Source: an uncultured Planctomycetaceae bacterium (lineage in GTDB: Bacteria; Planctomycetota; Planctomycetia; Pirellulales; PALSA-1355). From it: DNA of 64,000 nt. The notes under the pieces are model-generated. The model was given only the letters and a program-made list of their open reading frames with translations, was not told the DNA's origin and made no database searches. A program made the translations under genes and the position numbers. Each line of letters starts with the position of its first letter. The stretch's first letter is position 1. This document shows positions 10,763 through 21,727 of this stretch, one piece after another. The stretch spans positions 416,001-480,000 of the forward strand of contig CAWAUV010000004.1 of NCBI GenBank assembly GCA_963785305.1, in the 5' to 3' direction.

Positions 10763-12136
10763 ATGCGATGGCATTCCTTGGGTTATGTCGCTTTTTTCGG
10801 CTTCGTGGGCCTGTGCCTCGCGATCGCGCCGCCCGCGCCCTTCATCGCCAGCTCCGGCGGCTGTTTCGTCGCCCGGCAGGTGGGTGGTGTGTCGATCGAC
10901 CCGAGCGGCGTGCTGAAGAACACGACGGTCGACGAGCGTGGCGAGATCAAGCGGGAGCTTGAAAAGGCATTGCATCAAGCGCCGGGCGACATGGCGGGAC
11001 ATGTCGAGCTGCGCAAGATATCACTGCGTGGCCTCGAAGCCGCGATCGCCGAGTCGCTCAAGACCGGCGCGGCCCTGCCCGACGAGGTGCTGTACTTGGC
11101 GGGCATGCAGCGCGTTCGCTATGTGTTCGCCGTGCCCGAGGAACAAGATGTGATACTGGCCGGTCCGGCCGAAGGCTGGCGCGTGGGCCCGGGGGGCGAC
11201 GTGGTGGGCGCGAACAACTCGCAGCCGGTGATGCTGCTCGACGATCTGCTCTCGGCCCTCCGCACGGTCGACGCGGCGCGGCAGGGCGGGCTAAGCTGCT
11301 CGATCGACCCGACTCCCGAAGGCATGCGGCGGCTCCAACCGGTGGTGAGTCAAGCGGCGTCGATTCCGACTCCCGACGAAGCCTCGGCCTCGGAGCGTGC
11401 CTCGGAGTTCGAGGAAGCGCTGGGTCCGCAAACCATTACGGTCTGGGGCGTCGACCCGCGGAGCCACTTTGCCCGGGTGATGGTGGCGGCCGACTATCGC
11501 ATGAAGCGCATCGCGATGGGCTTCGAGCCGGCGCCGATTCGCGGATTGCCGAGCTATCTGTCGATGGTCAAGGGCAACGGTCGTGGAATGCAGAACATGA
11601 TGCCGCGGTGGTGGCTGGCGACGAATTATGAAGGCGTGCTCGAAGCGCCGGACAAGATGGCGTTCGAGATTCGCGGGGCCGGCGTGAAGTGCCTGGTTGA
11701 AGAAGAATTTCTCGATGCCCAGGGCAAGCGTCAGGGCTCTGGCAAGGCCAGCGCCCCGGCCAAGCAGTGGGCGACGGCGATGACCAATAAGTTCAACGAA
11801 CTCTCGGCCAAGGAAGCGATCTTCGGCCAGCTTCGCAACTGCATGGACTTGGCCGTGACCGCGGCCCTCATCTCGAAAGAACATCTGTTCGAGAAAGCCG
11901 GCTGCCAAACCCCGCTCCTGCTGAGCGGCTCCGACTTGCCCACCGCCCAGTTCAATGCCCCCAAGCAAGTAGACAGTCAAGCGTCGCTCTTGCAGAAGTC
12001 GTCGAGCTTCGTGATCACCGTGTCGGGCGGCGTGCAGGTCGATTCGTGGGGAGTGCTGGCCAAGACCGAGTCGAGCGACAAGGTGGCCGCGGTGCGCGAC
12101 TCGCTGGGAAAACGCAACAGCTGGTGGTGGGATTGA
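10763..12136 (+). CDS. DUF1598-like secreted planctomycete protein, copy 2
   Basis: 457-aa near-identical paralog of 9311-10684; AGGAG SD. Confidence 0.8.
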   Translation: MRWHSLGYVAFFGFVGLCLAIAPPAPFIASSGGCFVARQVGGVSIDPSGVLKNTTVDERGEIKRELEKALHQAPGDMAGHVELRKISLRGLEAAIAESLKTGAALPDEVLYLAGMQRVRYVFAVPEEQDVILAGPAEGWRVGPGGDVVGANNSQPVMLLDDLLSALRTVDAARQGGLSCSIDPTPEGMRRLQPVVSQAASIPTPDEASASERASEFEEALGPQTITVWGVDPRSHFARVMVAADYRMKRIAMGFEPAPIRGLPSYLSMVKGNGRGMQNMMPRWWLATNYEGVLEAPDKMAFEIRGAGVKCLVEEEFLDAQGKRQGSGKASAPAKQWATAMTNKFNELSAKEAIFGQLRNCMDLAVTAALISKEHLFEKAGCQTPLLLSGSDLPTAQFNAPKQVDSQASLLQKSSSFVITVSGGVQVDSWGVLAKTESSDKVAAVRDSLGKRNSWWWD

Positions 12137-12140
12137 ACGA

Positions 12141-12212
12141 GCCTATCCGACAAATCCCCCTCTCCCTTTGGAAGAGGGTAGGGTGAGGGCTCGCCGAAGT
12201 TCTCGGATAGGC
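12141..12212. repeat. REP/MITE-like palindromic element, family A copy 1
   Basis: Terminal inverted repeats GCCTATCCGA...TCGGATAGGC around a CCCTCT...AGAGGG hairpin; lies between convergent genes; inverted copy at 58679. Confidence 0.8.
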
Positions 12213-12221
12213 GGTAAGAGC

Positions 12222-13664
12222 TTACTCGACCTGATGCACGCGCACGAAGTTGTGAGAGCCGGTGCCGAGTCCCACGCCGGCGACCAGCACCAAGTGATCG
12301 CCCGGCTTGATGCGGCCGTTTTCGAGACCCCAGCCGGTCACGAACTCGAGCACTTCTTGGCTTGAAGCGGTAGGCGCCGCGGGCATGGGAATCACGCCCC
12401 AGTAGAGACACATCTGTCGTAGCGTGGTTTCGGAATCGCTCACGCCCACGGTCGGAATGAAATTCCGCTGTTTCGAAATCGCCAGCGCCGTCACACCACT
12501 GTGGCTGACCACGATATTCAGCTTGGCCGAAAGCTTGGCCGCGATTTGTCCGGCGCCGAGCACCGTGGCCCCGGTGATTGGGTGCAGCCCCTCGGGCGAA
12601 TATCCCTCGGAGGGCAGCGGCGGGCGGTCGCGAAATAGCTCTTCGGTCGCTTCGGCCACTTGGCTCATCATCTCGACCGCTTCGCGCGGGTAGAGGCCGA
12701 TGGCGGTCTCGCCCGAGAGCATGCAAGCGTCGCCGCCATCGAGAATCGCATTGGCCACGTCGGTGACTTCGGCCCGAGTGGGGCGACGCGAGTTCTGCAT
12801 GCTGTCGAGCATTTGCGTGGCCACGATCACCGGCTTTTGCCGCTTGTGGCACATTGAAATGATGCGCTTCTGCACCACGGGCATCTTGGCCACGTCGATC
12901 TCGACGCCCAAGTCGCCGCGAGCCACCATCACTCCGTCGGCCGCTTCGACGATGGCTTCGAGCTCGTCGATTGCTTCTTGTTTTTCGATCTTCGCGATCA
13001 CCTTGGCCCGCGAGCCGCGGGTGCGAAGCAGTTCCTTGAGCAGCCGCACTTCGACCGGAGTGCGGACGAAGCTGAGGCTCACGAAGTCGGCGTTCATCTC
13101 GGCGGCCCACTGGGCATGGGCCCAATCGGCTTCGCTCATCGAGGGCACGCTCAGCTTGGCGCCCGGCAAATTGACGCCCTGGCGGCTACGCACCAGACCG
13201 GCCTGAATCACGCGGCATTGCACATGCCGGGGGCCTTTTTCCTCGACCATCATGCTCACGCAGCCATCGGCCAGCATGATGAGATTGCCCACCTTCACTT
13301 CATCGACCAGCGCCTCGTAGGTGCAAATCAGTTCGTCGGGCTTGTCGCTCTGGTGGCCGCGAATGAATCGCACACTGGCGTTGGATTGCAAATCCAATTG
13401 GCCGCCAGGCAATTCGCCCAACCGAATCTTGGGGCCCGCCAGATCGACCAGAATGCCGATCGGGCGATCCAGGTCCTTGCTTACCTGGCGGATCATGCCC
13501 ACGGTTTCCGTGTGTTCCGCGAGACTGCCGTGGGCCATGTTGACGCGGAACACGTCGACGCCGGCCCATACAAGGGCCGTCAACTGGGGCACGGTGCGGC
13601 AAGCCGGCCCAATCGTGGCGACGATCTTCGTGCGGCAACGCTTCGGATGAATTTGGTTTGTCAT
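12222..13664 (-). CDS. pyk: Pyruvate kinase
   Basis: RTKIVATIGP, DLAGPKIR, AKIEK, MVARGDLGVE, ATQMLDSM, PTRAEVTDVANA, MLSGETA. Confidence 0.97.
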   Translation of the reverse strand: MTNQIHPKRCRTKIVATIGPACRTVPQLTALVWAGVDVFRVNMAHGSLAEHTETVGMIRQVSKDLDRPIGILVDLAGPKIRLGELPGGQLDLQSNASVRFIRGHQSDKPDELICTYEALVDEVKVGNLIMLADGCVSMMVEEKGPRHVQCRVIQAGLVRSRQGVNLPGAKLSVPSMSEADWAHAQWAAEMNADFVSLSFVRTPVEVRLLKELLRTRGSRAKVIAKIEKQEAIDELEAIVEAADGVMVARGDLGVEIDVAKMPVVQKRIISMCHKRQKPVIVATQMLDSMQNSRRPTRAEVTDVANAILDGGDACMLSGETAIGLYPREAVEMMSQVAEATEELFRDRPPLPSEGYSPEGLHPITGATVLGAGQIAAKLSAKLNIVVSHSGVTALAISKQRNFIPTVGVSDSETTLRQMCLYWGVIPMPAAPTASSQEVLEFVTGWGLENGRIKPGDHLVLVAGVGLGTGSHNFVRVHQVE

Positions 13665-14006
13665 GCAGCGGGCGCTGGGGTGGCGGGAAACGCAATCTTT
13701 TTTTGAAATCGCTTCGACCATTTCGTTCGAGCCGACGGCCCTACCCACGCGAGAGGGCGCCCTGTCACGCGGTCGGCCGGCTATGTCCGAGGGCGAACGA
13801 TGCCCGTTAAATTAGCGAACCGCCTTCGGATTGGCTAGCGCATCCGGCCAACCCTTGCGAAACATACACGCGTTGCATGCTAGCCCGCCGAAAGCTATCG
13901 TGGCGATCGGCCCGAACTGCATTTCGCATGCCGGACTCGATGTTCTCGGAGCGGCGATCAAAGATACGTCATCGCCAAGCACGCTACCTGATCGGAAACG
14001 CGTCCG

Positions 14007-14818
14007 ATGGATACAAATTTCTGGCGAGGTCGAGTCGCAATCGTCACCGGCGGATCTTCGGGCCTGGGTTTGGCCATCGCCTCGGCCCTGGCCGCCGCGG
14101 GGGCTCGGGTGGCAATCGCCGCTCGCGGGCAGGCGCGGCTCGACGAGGCCGCGGGCCGGCTGACCGCCGCCGGAGGCGAGACGCTCGCGATCGCGGCCGA
14201 CGTGACCCGCAACTCCGAGGTCAACGCCCTGGTCGAGCGCGTCGTGGGCGCCTGGGGCCAAGTCGATCTTCTGGTCAACAATGCCGGGGCTTCGGCCCGG
14301 GGCGAAGCGCTCGCCACGACTCCGGCCGATTTTCAAGCCGCGCTCGAATTGAATTTTCTTTCCGCGGTGCGTTGCACGCGGGCCGCGGCGCCATATCTCT
14401 TGGCCTCCGGCGGACATTTGGTCAACATCGGCTCGCTCGCGGCCAAGAGCGCCAGCCGCTTCATGGGCCCCTATGCCGCGAGCAAATTCGCCCTCGCTGC
14501 TTATAGTCAGCAATTGCGGCTCGAGCTCCAGCCGCGCGGTTTGCATGTGCTGCTGGTGTGTCCCGGACCGATCGCGCGGCGGGGAGCTCGCGAGCGGTAT
14601 TCCGAGGAGCAATTGGCCGCGTTGCCCGAGAGCGCCCGCCGTCCGGGGGCGGGAGTCAAGCTCAAGCAGCTCGATCCGGAGATCGTCGCGCGAAGATATT
14701 CGTGGCCTGCGAGCGCCGCGACCCCGAGTTGATCTTGCCGGCCAAGGCGCGGGCGCTGTTCGTGGTGAGCGCTCTCTCGCCACGTTGGGGCGATTGGCTC
14801 GTGCGGCGCATGACCTGA
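14007..14818 (+). CDS. SDR-family oxidoreductase (frameshift near 14690)
   Basis: TGGSSGLG, LVNNAG, YAASK; C-terminus continues in the 14558-14818 frame. Confidence 0.88.
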
Positions 14819-14857
14819 ATCGCGTCGCGGACTATTCGAAATGGCGAGGCGGCGCGA

Positions 14858-16190
14858 TCACTGGCCGCCGGCGCGCTCCTCGGCCAAGACGTCGCTCGCG
14901 GCCGCGATCGTGAGTTCGATGTCGGCCGTCGTGTGCGCGGCCGAAACAAACAGCGCTTCATATTGGCTGCACGGCATGTAGACTCCGCGCTCGATGAGGC
15001 CCCAGAAGAATCGCGCATCGCGCCGCGTATCGCACTGTTTGGCGATCGACCAATCCGTGACCGGGTCCGCATGGAAGAAGAGCGTCATCATGCTGCCCAC
15101 GCGGGCAATCGTGTGCGGAATTCCGGCCGCGGCGCGGTCGAGCCCAGCGGCCAGCGCGGCCGAGCTCTTTTCGAGCGCCGCGTAGGGCGGCTCGTCGGCG
15201 AGGATTTTCAGCGTGGCAATGCCGGCGGCGGTGGCCAGGGGATTGCCGCTCAGGGTGCCGGCTTGAAAGACTTTGCCCGCCGGCAAGACCTGATCCATCA
15301 CATCGGCCCGACCGCCGTAAGCGCCAAGCGGCAGCCCGCCGCCGACGATCTTGCCAAGCGTGGTGAGGTCGGGCCGAATGCCCCAGAGCGATTGCGCCCC
15401 GCCAAGCGCCACGCGAAAGCCGGTCATCACTTCGTCGAAGATCAACAGCGCGCCGTGCTTGTCGCACAGCGAGCGCATTGCCTGGAGAAATACCGCCCGG
15501 GGCACGACACAGCCCATGTTGCCCACGACCGGCTCGACGATCACGGCGGCGATCGCGGCGCCATGCTCGGCAAAAGCCGCTTCGAGCGCCGCGGCGTCGT
15601 TGTAGGGTAGCGACAGGGTGTCGCGACTCGCGCCGGCGGTCACTCCCGGCGAATCGGGCACGCCGAGCGTCGCCCCCGCGCTGCCCGCCGCCACGAGCAA
15701 GCAGTCGGCATGGCCATGATAATTGCCCGCGAACTTGATGATCTTGTCGCGGCCGGTAAAGCCGCGGGCCAGGCGAATGGCGCTCATCGTCGCCTCGGTG
15801 CCTGAATTCACGAGCCGCACGCGTTCGATGCTCGGCACGGCCGCGATGATTCGCTCGGCAAGCTCGCTTTCGGCCTCGGTCGGCGCGCCGAAGCTCGTTC
15901 CCCGCGGCGGCGCGGCCAATCGCTTCGATCACCTCGGGCCGGGCGTGGCCAAGGATCATTGGTCCCCAGGAACCGATGTAGTCGAGATAGCGGTTGCCGT
16001 CGATGTCGTGGAGATAAGCGCCGGCGCCACGCTCGAAAAAGATCGGCTCCCCGCCCACGCCGCCAAACGCGCGGGCCGGGCTGTTTACCCCGCCCGGAAT
16101 CAATCGCCGCGCGCGGGCAAACGCCGCGTGGCTCCGCGGGCGGGCGAGTGGTTTGGTCGGAGCGGAACTGCTAGCAGGTTGTGGTGCCAC
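14858..16190 (-). CDS. hemL: Glutamate-1-semialdehyde 2,1-aminomutase (frameshift near 15915; start approximate)
   Basis: [64 protein letters not shown]. Confidence 0.95.
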
Positions 16191-16449
16191 GAGCCAAGAT
16201 TCTCCATCCCCTTGGGGGAAAAACAAATCAGCGCGACGCCCGTCCGCGACGCGCCCGTCCGCGACGCGACGCACCGCGCGATTCCATCTTTACATGCCGG
16301 CGTGGTTCTGCGAGACTCCCGCGCCGAAAAATTCGAGCGTTCCATGTCCGGCGAAAGCAACGCCGGCCGGGAAAAGTCGAATGCGGGCGACTCGTCGAGA
16401 TCGTGCCGCTTGTACGATCCTAACACGTCTTGCCGGAGTTTTCGCCGCC

Positions 16450-16896
16450 ATGCTGTACTTTGCCAAGCCGATTCGTACTTTCTTCCCGCTGGCGATTCTG
16501 GGATTTTGGACGCTCACCGCCGCAGGTTCCGATTCCTCTTGGCTGCCAGGCGCCTCGCTGGGCTCGCCCGGCAGTTCGCTGGGCTTGCCAGGCAAGAGCA
16601 AAAGCAAGAGCAACTCGGTGGGCGTGAACCGCGCGAACAAGAAACCGAGCATGGTGAAAACGGCAAGCCGCACGCTTTCGAACATCGCTCAAACCCCGAC
16701 CGAGCTTTTGCACAAGTCGAAGAGCCTGTTGCCCGGCAGCTCGAAGCCGGTGTCGCACTCGCACAGCCGGCAGGTGTCGCGGGTGCAGAAGAAAGAAGAG
16801 AAGCCCTCGCTGCTCAAGTCGCTATTCGCGAACGAAACGCCGCCGCCGCCGCGGACCGTGGGCGAATGGATGGCGCTCAAGCGGATCGATCCCTGA
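16450..16896 (+). CDS. Hypothetical exported basic protein
   Basis: Hydrophobic N-terminus, Ser/Lys-rich body, C-terminal PPPPRTVGEWMALKRIDP. Confidence 0.6.
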   Translation: MLYFAKPIRTFFPLAILGFWTLTAAGSDSSWLPGASLGSPGSSLGLPGKSKSKSNSVGVNRANKKPSMVKTASRTLSNIAQTPTELLHKSKSLLPGSSKPVSHSHSRQVSRVQKKEEKPSLLKSLFANETPPPPRTVGEWMALKRIDP

Positions 16897-17025
16897 TCGC
16901 GGCTGGTTTCCGCGCGATCGGATTGGCCGCGGGCCTTACGAGATCGCGACTGAAAAGGCGATAAATTGGCTTTTCGCCGCGGGATATCGCGTTTCAGCAG
17001 CTCGGTTTATGTCACTGGCGCATCG

Positions 17026-17042
17026 TTGGCGCCCGATTTGCT
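17026..17042 (+). promoter_or_regulatory. sigma54-type -24/-12 promoter
   Basis: TTGGCGC-CCGAT-TTGCT (GG-N10-GC), ~70 nt before the small ORF at 17111. Confidence 0.6.
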
Positions 17043-17110
17043 CTTTCAGCATTGCGTGATGAGGGTTCCAAAGAACTCCACGCAAACACTTATGCGAAAG
17101 GGCAATTCAT

Positions 17111-17227
17111 ATGTTTACGTCAATCGTGATCGGCGCCGCGGGATATTCGCTCGTTTACTTGTTGGCTGGCGGCGGGCTTGGCGGCGCGGCGCTGATTTTC
17201 ATCGGCGCGAAAATGCTCGGCAAGTAA
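17111..17227 (+). CDS. 38-aa Gly-rich small membrane protein (not in ORF track)
   Basis: MFTSIVIGAAGYSLVYLLAGGGLGGAALIFIGAKMLGK*; GAAAGGG SD-like sequence; mostly G/C third codon positions. Confidence 0.75.
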   Translation: MFTSIVIGAAGYSLVYLLAGGGLGGAALIFIGAKMLGK

Positions 17228-17369
17228 GCCAGGGAATTCCGCTCGCGAGCGGGAGTGCAGGCTGGAGAAATTGAAACCGCCGGCGCGATCTCTCGGGATC
17301 GCGGCCGGCGATTTTCATTGGACCTGGCTCACCGCGACGATCCGCCCAGGCGGCTCGCCGGCGCGTCGC

Positions 17370-17543
17370 CTACTTCTTTTTCAGCCGGAATTTCGTCACG
17401 TTGCGGCGTTTCTTCTTCGGCTTGGCGGCCACCGAATGACAGCGGCTGCACCGCGTGACCTGCGGATTCAGTAGGCAATTGCACTTCGTGCAGCGGCGAG
17501 TCTTGAGTTGCTGAACAAACGCGGAATGGGGTCGGGTGCGCAT
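17370..17543 (-). CDS. 57-aa basic zinc-ribbon protein, C-x2-C-x10-C-x2-C (eL40-like spacing; not in ORF track)
   Basis: MRTRPHSAFVQQLKTRRCTKCNCLLNPQVTRCSRCHSVAAKPKKKRRNVTKFRLKKK*; GAGG upstream. Confidence 0.75.
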   Translation of the reverse strand: MRTRPHSAFVQQLKTRRCTKCNCLLNPQVTRCSRCHSVAAKPKKKRRNVTKFRLKKK

Positions 17544-17769
17544 CGAAATCGAGCCTCAGTTCGAGGGACGCCGGCGAAATTGCGCCAGGCATAGTAATTT
17601 TGGTGGGCGTCGGGCTCTCTCGGGCCGCGACCGGGCCAACCCCACGGAGCGGGGCAGCGCCAAACAAAACAATTTATCCGCTAATCCGCGCCGGGGAAAC
17701 CCTAATTCGCTTTTTTTCGACCGGCTTGCCCGGCCGCGCCCTTCTTGCCGAGCCGCCGCCACGACCTTT

Positions 17770-20700
17770 TTATTTCTTCGCCTCCTTGAGGCTTTCCAGA
17801 TATGCGATCAGATCGGCGAAGTTTTCCAGCGTCATGCCGTCTTTCAGCCCGTTGGGCATTAGCGACAGGTTGCTCTCATGGCGCTCTTCGATCTCCGCTG
17901 CCGGCAGCCGGGTGACGCGGCCCTCGGCATCGAGCAGTTCCAGCGACTCGGGCCCCTCGCTCCGCACGATTCCGGCCAGCACCTTGCCTGAGTCGGTCAC
18001 GATCGTGGTGACGCGATAGCCGTCGAGCACGCGGTTCGAGGGCTCGAGCACCGAGCGAACCAACTCTTCGCGTGGATATTTCACGCCCACGCCCACGAGG
18101 TCGGGCCCAATCTTGCCGCCCTCGCCACCCACGGCGTGACATTTCACGCACCCGATGCCTTTCGTATCGTAAAACAATGCCCGCCCGCGCTGGGCGTCGC
18201 CCGGGTGTTTGCCGGCAAAGTCGCGATAGTCGCCGGTATCGAGTTGCTTGGGAGCGTTTTCATGCAAGAAGGCGAACTTCGGGTTTTTCGTGCCCACGGC
18301 GAGGCTGAAATCCCAGGGCCCGCCGTCGTTGCCCACGAGCATCCAGATATCGTTGTCGCCCTGGTTCAAGTGGACTTCACCGCGCTGCGATTCGGCATGC
18401 CAGCCGCGGTTTCCGGCAAATTCGGCGACCTTTCGACCATTGATCCAGAGCATCATTTGGTCGTCGCTGCCGAGCACATAGCTCGAGTCGGCCGGCGAGT
18501 CGAGCGTGATACGGGCATAGGCCAGCGCCCAGGCGTTGTCGTGGGGCTCCATTCGCCGCTCGAGCGACACTCGGCCGCCGGGCCCTTCCCCCTTCATTTC
18601 GCGCCACGAGAGCGGCTTGCCCCGCACCGCGATCGGCGCCGCGCCGGGCGCTCCCGCGCCGAGATCGAGGGCAGCGGCAGTTCTTTACTCCAGGAGTCCG
18701 ACACCTGCCATTTCATGATCGGCTTGGGTAGGTCGAACACAGTAAGCAGTTCGCCGAAGACCGACTTCGGCAATTCATTGCGCGCATGGAGCGCAAGCAG
18801 ATCGTCGCTTACCGCGTCGCGCAGCGAGGCCATCGCTTTGCGGGCCGCGTCGCGTCGCGTTGAATTCTTGCTGCCCAACGCATCGAGATACACGGCCAGC
18901 GCTCGCCGGTCGGGCATTGCCAAGAGGGTGTCGATCGCGTCGTCGCGGGTCGCTTCTTCGCGGGCAAGTTCGAGCAGCCGCGTTTCGGCGGCCAGATACT
19001 TGAGCTCGCCAATCTGTTTGATGGCGGCCCGACGAACTTCGGCCTCGGGGTCATTGAGCCCAAGGGCCACTTGGGGACCGGCCGCTTCGCCGCGCGAGCT
19101 GGCAAAGGCGCCGATCGCCGCCGCACGCACCGCCGCTCGCGCATCGGAAAGCAATCTCTCGACGGCCTGCCGTCCCTCGGGCCCGAGGTCCTTGGTTTTC
19201 GCGACCTCGAGCGCCGCGAGCACAAGCGGCGTGGGGCACTCGGTGTTCGCGAGCGCATGCACGACCGCGTCGCGGGCCGGGCCTTCGAGTTTTTGCTGGC
19301 CCGCGAGCCAGGCGAAAGCGCTTACCCGCGCGCTGTCGGAGACCGACTTGTCGTTGGCCAGGTCGACGAAAAGTTTTTCGGCCTCGGGGTCGCGAATGTC
19401 TTCGAATGCCTTGATTGCCGCGGCGCACGGTTGTTCTTGACCGGCGAGCAGCGCGTCGCGCAGCGTGTTCATCACCAAGCTCGTGCCCGACCATTCGATA
19501 TCCTTCGGGCGGCGTGGCTTGCCCATGGCCGGTCGAGTGCCCCACCAGCCTTCGATATAGGGCGCCGCCTTGTGATGGACCTCGGCGATCGCGGTGATCG
19601 CCGCGGCGCGAGTTGCTTCGTCAGGGGTTCGCTTGGCCAGCGCCGCCAGGGCCCCGACCGCGGCGTCGTCGTACACGCCGGTGAGCGCCAGCAGCGTGGC
19701 GGCGCGCACATCGGGACTCGGCGAATCGAGATTCCTCGCCACACCGCTCCAATCGCCGATCGCCCGCAGGGCCTGAACCATGGCGAAGCGCGCGAACGTG
19801 TCTTGCTCCGAGAGCGCGGCCAAGAGCGGCGCGGCGGCGGCCCGATCGCCCAAGCGGCCGAGCCCAATGGCCGCCCACATGCGCACCGTGGGCGAGGCGT
19901 CGCTCAGACAGGCAATGAGCGGCTTAACCGCCGACTTCACGCGACGCAAACCGAGCGCGCGAGCCGCTTGGGCCCGCACCTCGGTCTCGGCGTCTTTGAG
20001 AGCCGCGACCCAGTCGTTCGCGGGATCGAAAGGCGGTTGGCGATCGATCCACTGGTTTTGGGTCCAGATCGCGTGGATGCGGGCCATTTTCGGACCGCCA
20101 CCGTGGAGCGCGGCGGCCACGGCCGGCGCCGCCGAAGTTCCCAAGCGAGCGAGCGCCCACTCGGCGCGCAGGCGTTCGCTCTTGGCCGGATGCCCGAGCG
20201 AGCGAATCTGATCGGCCAACGGCGCGGCGTCGGTCGCGCGAGCCGGTTCGGGCGGAACATCGCCGCCCGTATATGTCACGCGGTAAAGCCGGCCCTTGAC
20301 CGTGGGGCGAACCCAGCCGGCATAGTTCCAGTCGGCCACATACATATGTTTGCCATCGGGACTGAAGCAAAGATCGAGCGGTCGAAATTCCTCGCCGCCC
20401 TCGCGAATCATGAAGTCGCTGATTTCCGAGGTAAACGTGGCGCCGCTCGGCGCGAGGGCAAACCGCTGTACCTTGCCCTTGCCCCATTCGCAGTGAAACG
20501 CGTTTTCGCGATATTCCGCCGGCCAAGCCGCTTCACAATAGCAGGCCGCTCCCACCGGCGAGCCGCCGCCATGTTCGCTCATCCGCGGCAAGTGACGCTC
20601 GGGATGCGGATGATAATCGTAGGGATATCCGTAGTAGCCCGTGGGCACATGATGCGTGAAGCGCGTCCACCAGCCGACCCCGTCGTCGGTGTTGTCGTAG

Positions 20701-21398
20701 GTAAAGATATTGTCGAGCGAATCCATCGCCACATCCAAGTGGTTGCGAGTGCCGCTCGACACGATTTCGAGTCGCGAGCCATCGGGGCGCATACGCGCCA
20801 CGCCGCCGCCCTCGAGCGTGATCGTGCCGCCATCGCTACCGGTCGCTTTCTGAATGCCCTTGTCGCCCACCGAGACATAGATCAAACCATCGAGCCCGAT
20901 ACGCGTGCCGGTGACGATGTGGTCGTTGAAGCCAAACACGCCGGCCTTGGGACCAAAGCCATCGGCCAATTCCTCGCGCTCATCGGCCACGCCATCGCCA
21001 TTGGTATCGCGAAAGCGGGTGTAATGCGGGGCATGCATCACATAGAGCGCGCCCTCATGCCACACGAGCCCAAACACGGCCGAGAGATTCTCGCAAAACA
21101 CGGTTTTCACCGGCTTGCCGGTCGCGCGGTCCCAGCGAAAAAGCAGCACCCGATCGAATTCCTTGGTGGTCGGGCCGCGCATATCCATCGGGTCTTCGCC
21201 CACATAGAGGTTGCCCTCGGGATCGCAGGTGACGACCGACGGATGCTCGATCTCCGGCGGCGATGCTAGCAGTTCGATCTGAAAGCCGGGCGCCGTGATT
21301 TGCTGACCGTGCGCCGCGCCGGCCGCCAGACCGACTCCGCAACCAAGGATCGCGATCCAAAAAATGCGCGAAGACGACAATCGCGAACGAAACGACAT
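17770..21398 (-). CDS. PVC-type heme-binding CxxCH protein: dehydrogenase-like beta-propeller, HEAT repeats, beta-sandwich, cytochrome c (frameshift near 18640)
   Basis: Signal peptide; GLDGLIYVSVGD, FTYDNTDDG, FRPLDL, YVADW; HEAT repeats; GCVKCH...IGPDL...SLMPNGL. Confidence 0.88.
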
Positions 21399-21727
21399 GG
21401 AACCACGCTTTCTAGGAATGCTAGCTGGCCAGCGCGGGCCGGCGGGAATTCGAGGCGGGAACTCGGGGGGGCAGTAACTCGGCGGGGGGAAAAACTCGCG
21501 GGGCCAAGCGATGCGGTAACCGCGCCGAGACAAGATCGGCGCGCCGCGCGGGCCAAAATCGCTTGCGAGTTGAATCTAAATAGAGAAGTCCGCGAGGTCA
21601 AATTCTTTCGGGCATTTTGGCGGCGGACGCCGGAACTGAGCTTCAGGCGAGGCTCGAATTCTGGCATACTTCGCGGCCCTCGGCGGCGGCCCTCTCGGTT
21701 CAATCGCGGCGCGCATGGTTTCGCTTC

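Larger units (their letters stand above)
9311..12136 (+). repeat. Tandem gene duplication, period 1452 bp
   Basis: ~9424-10515 reads identical to ~10876-11967; the gene ends diverge. Confidence 0.95.

Noticed and set aside
9311..12136. Duplicate pair as a diversity-generating retroelement TR/VR
   Set aside because: Differences are not adenine-specific, many are synonymous, and no reverse transcriptase is present
16232..16272. Short CGCGACGC(GC)CCGTC tandem upstream of hemL
   Set aside because: Two to three degenerate GC-rich units without spacers; likely slippage, not CRISPR
19071..21269. Long antisense and alternate-frame ORFs (732 aa here; also 52511-54391, 22899-24347)
   Set aside because: Shadow ORFs typical of high-GC coding DNA, with no motifs, overlapping well-supported genes
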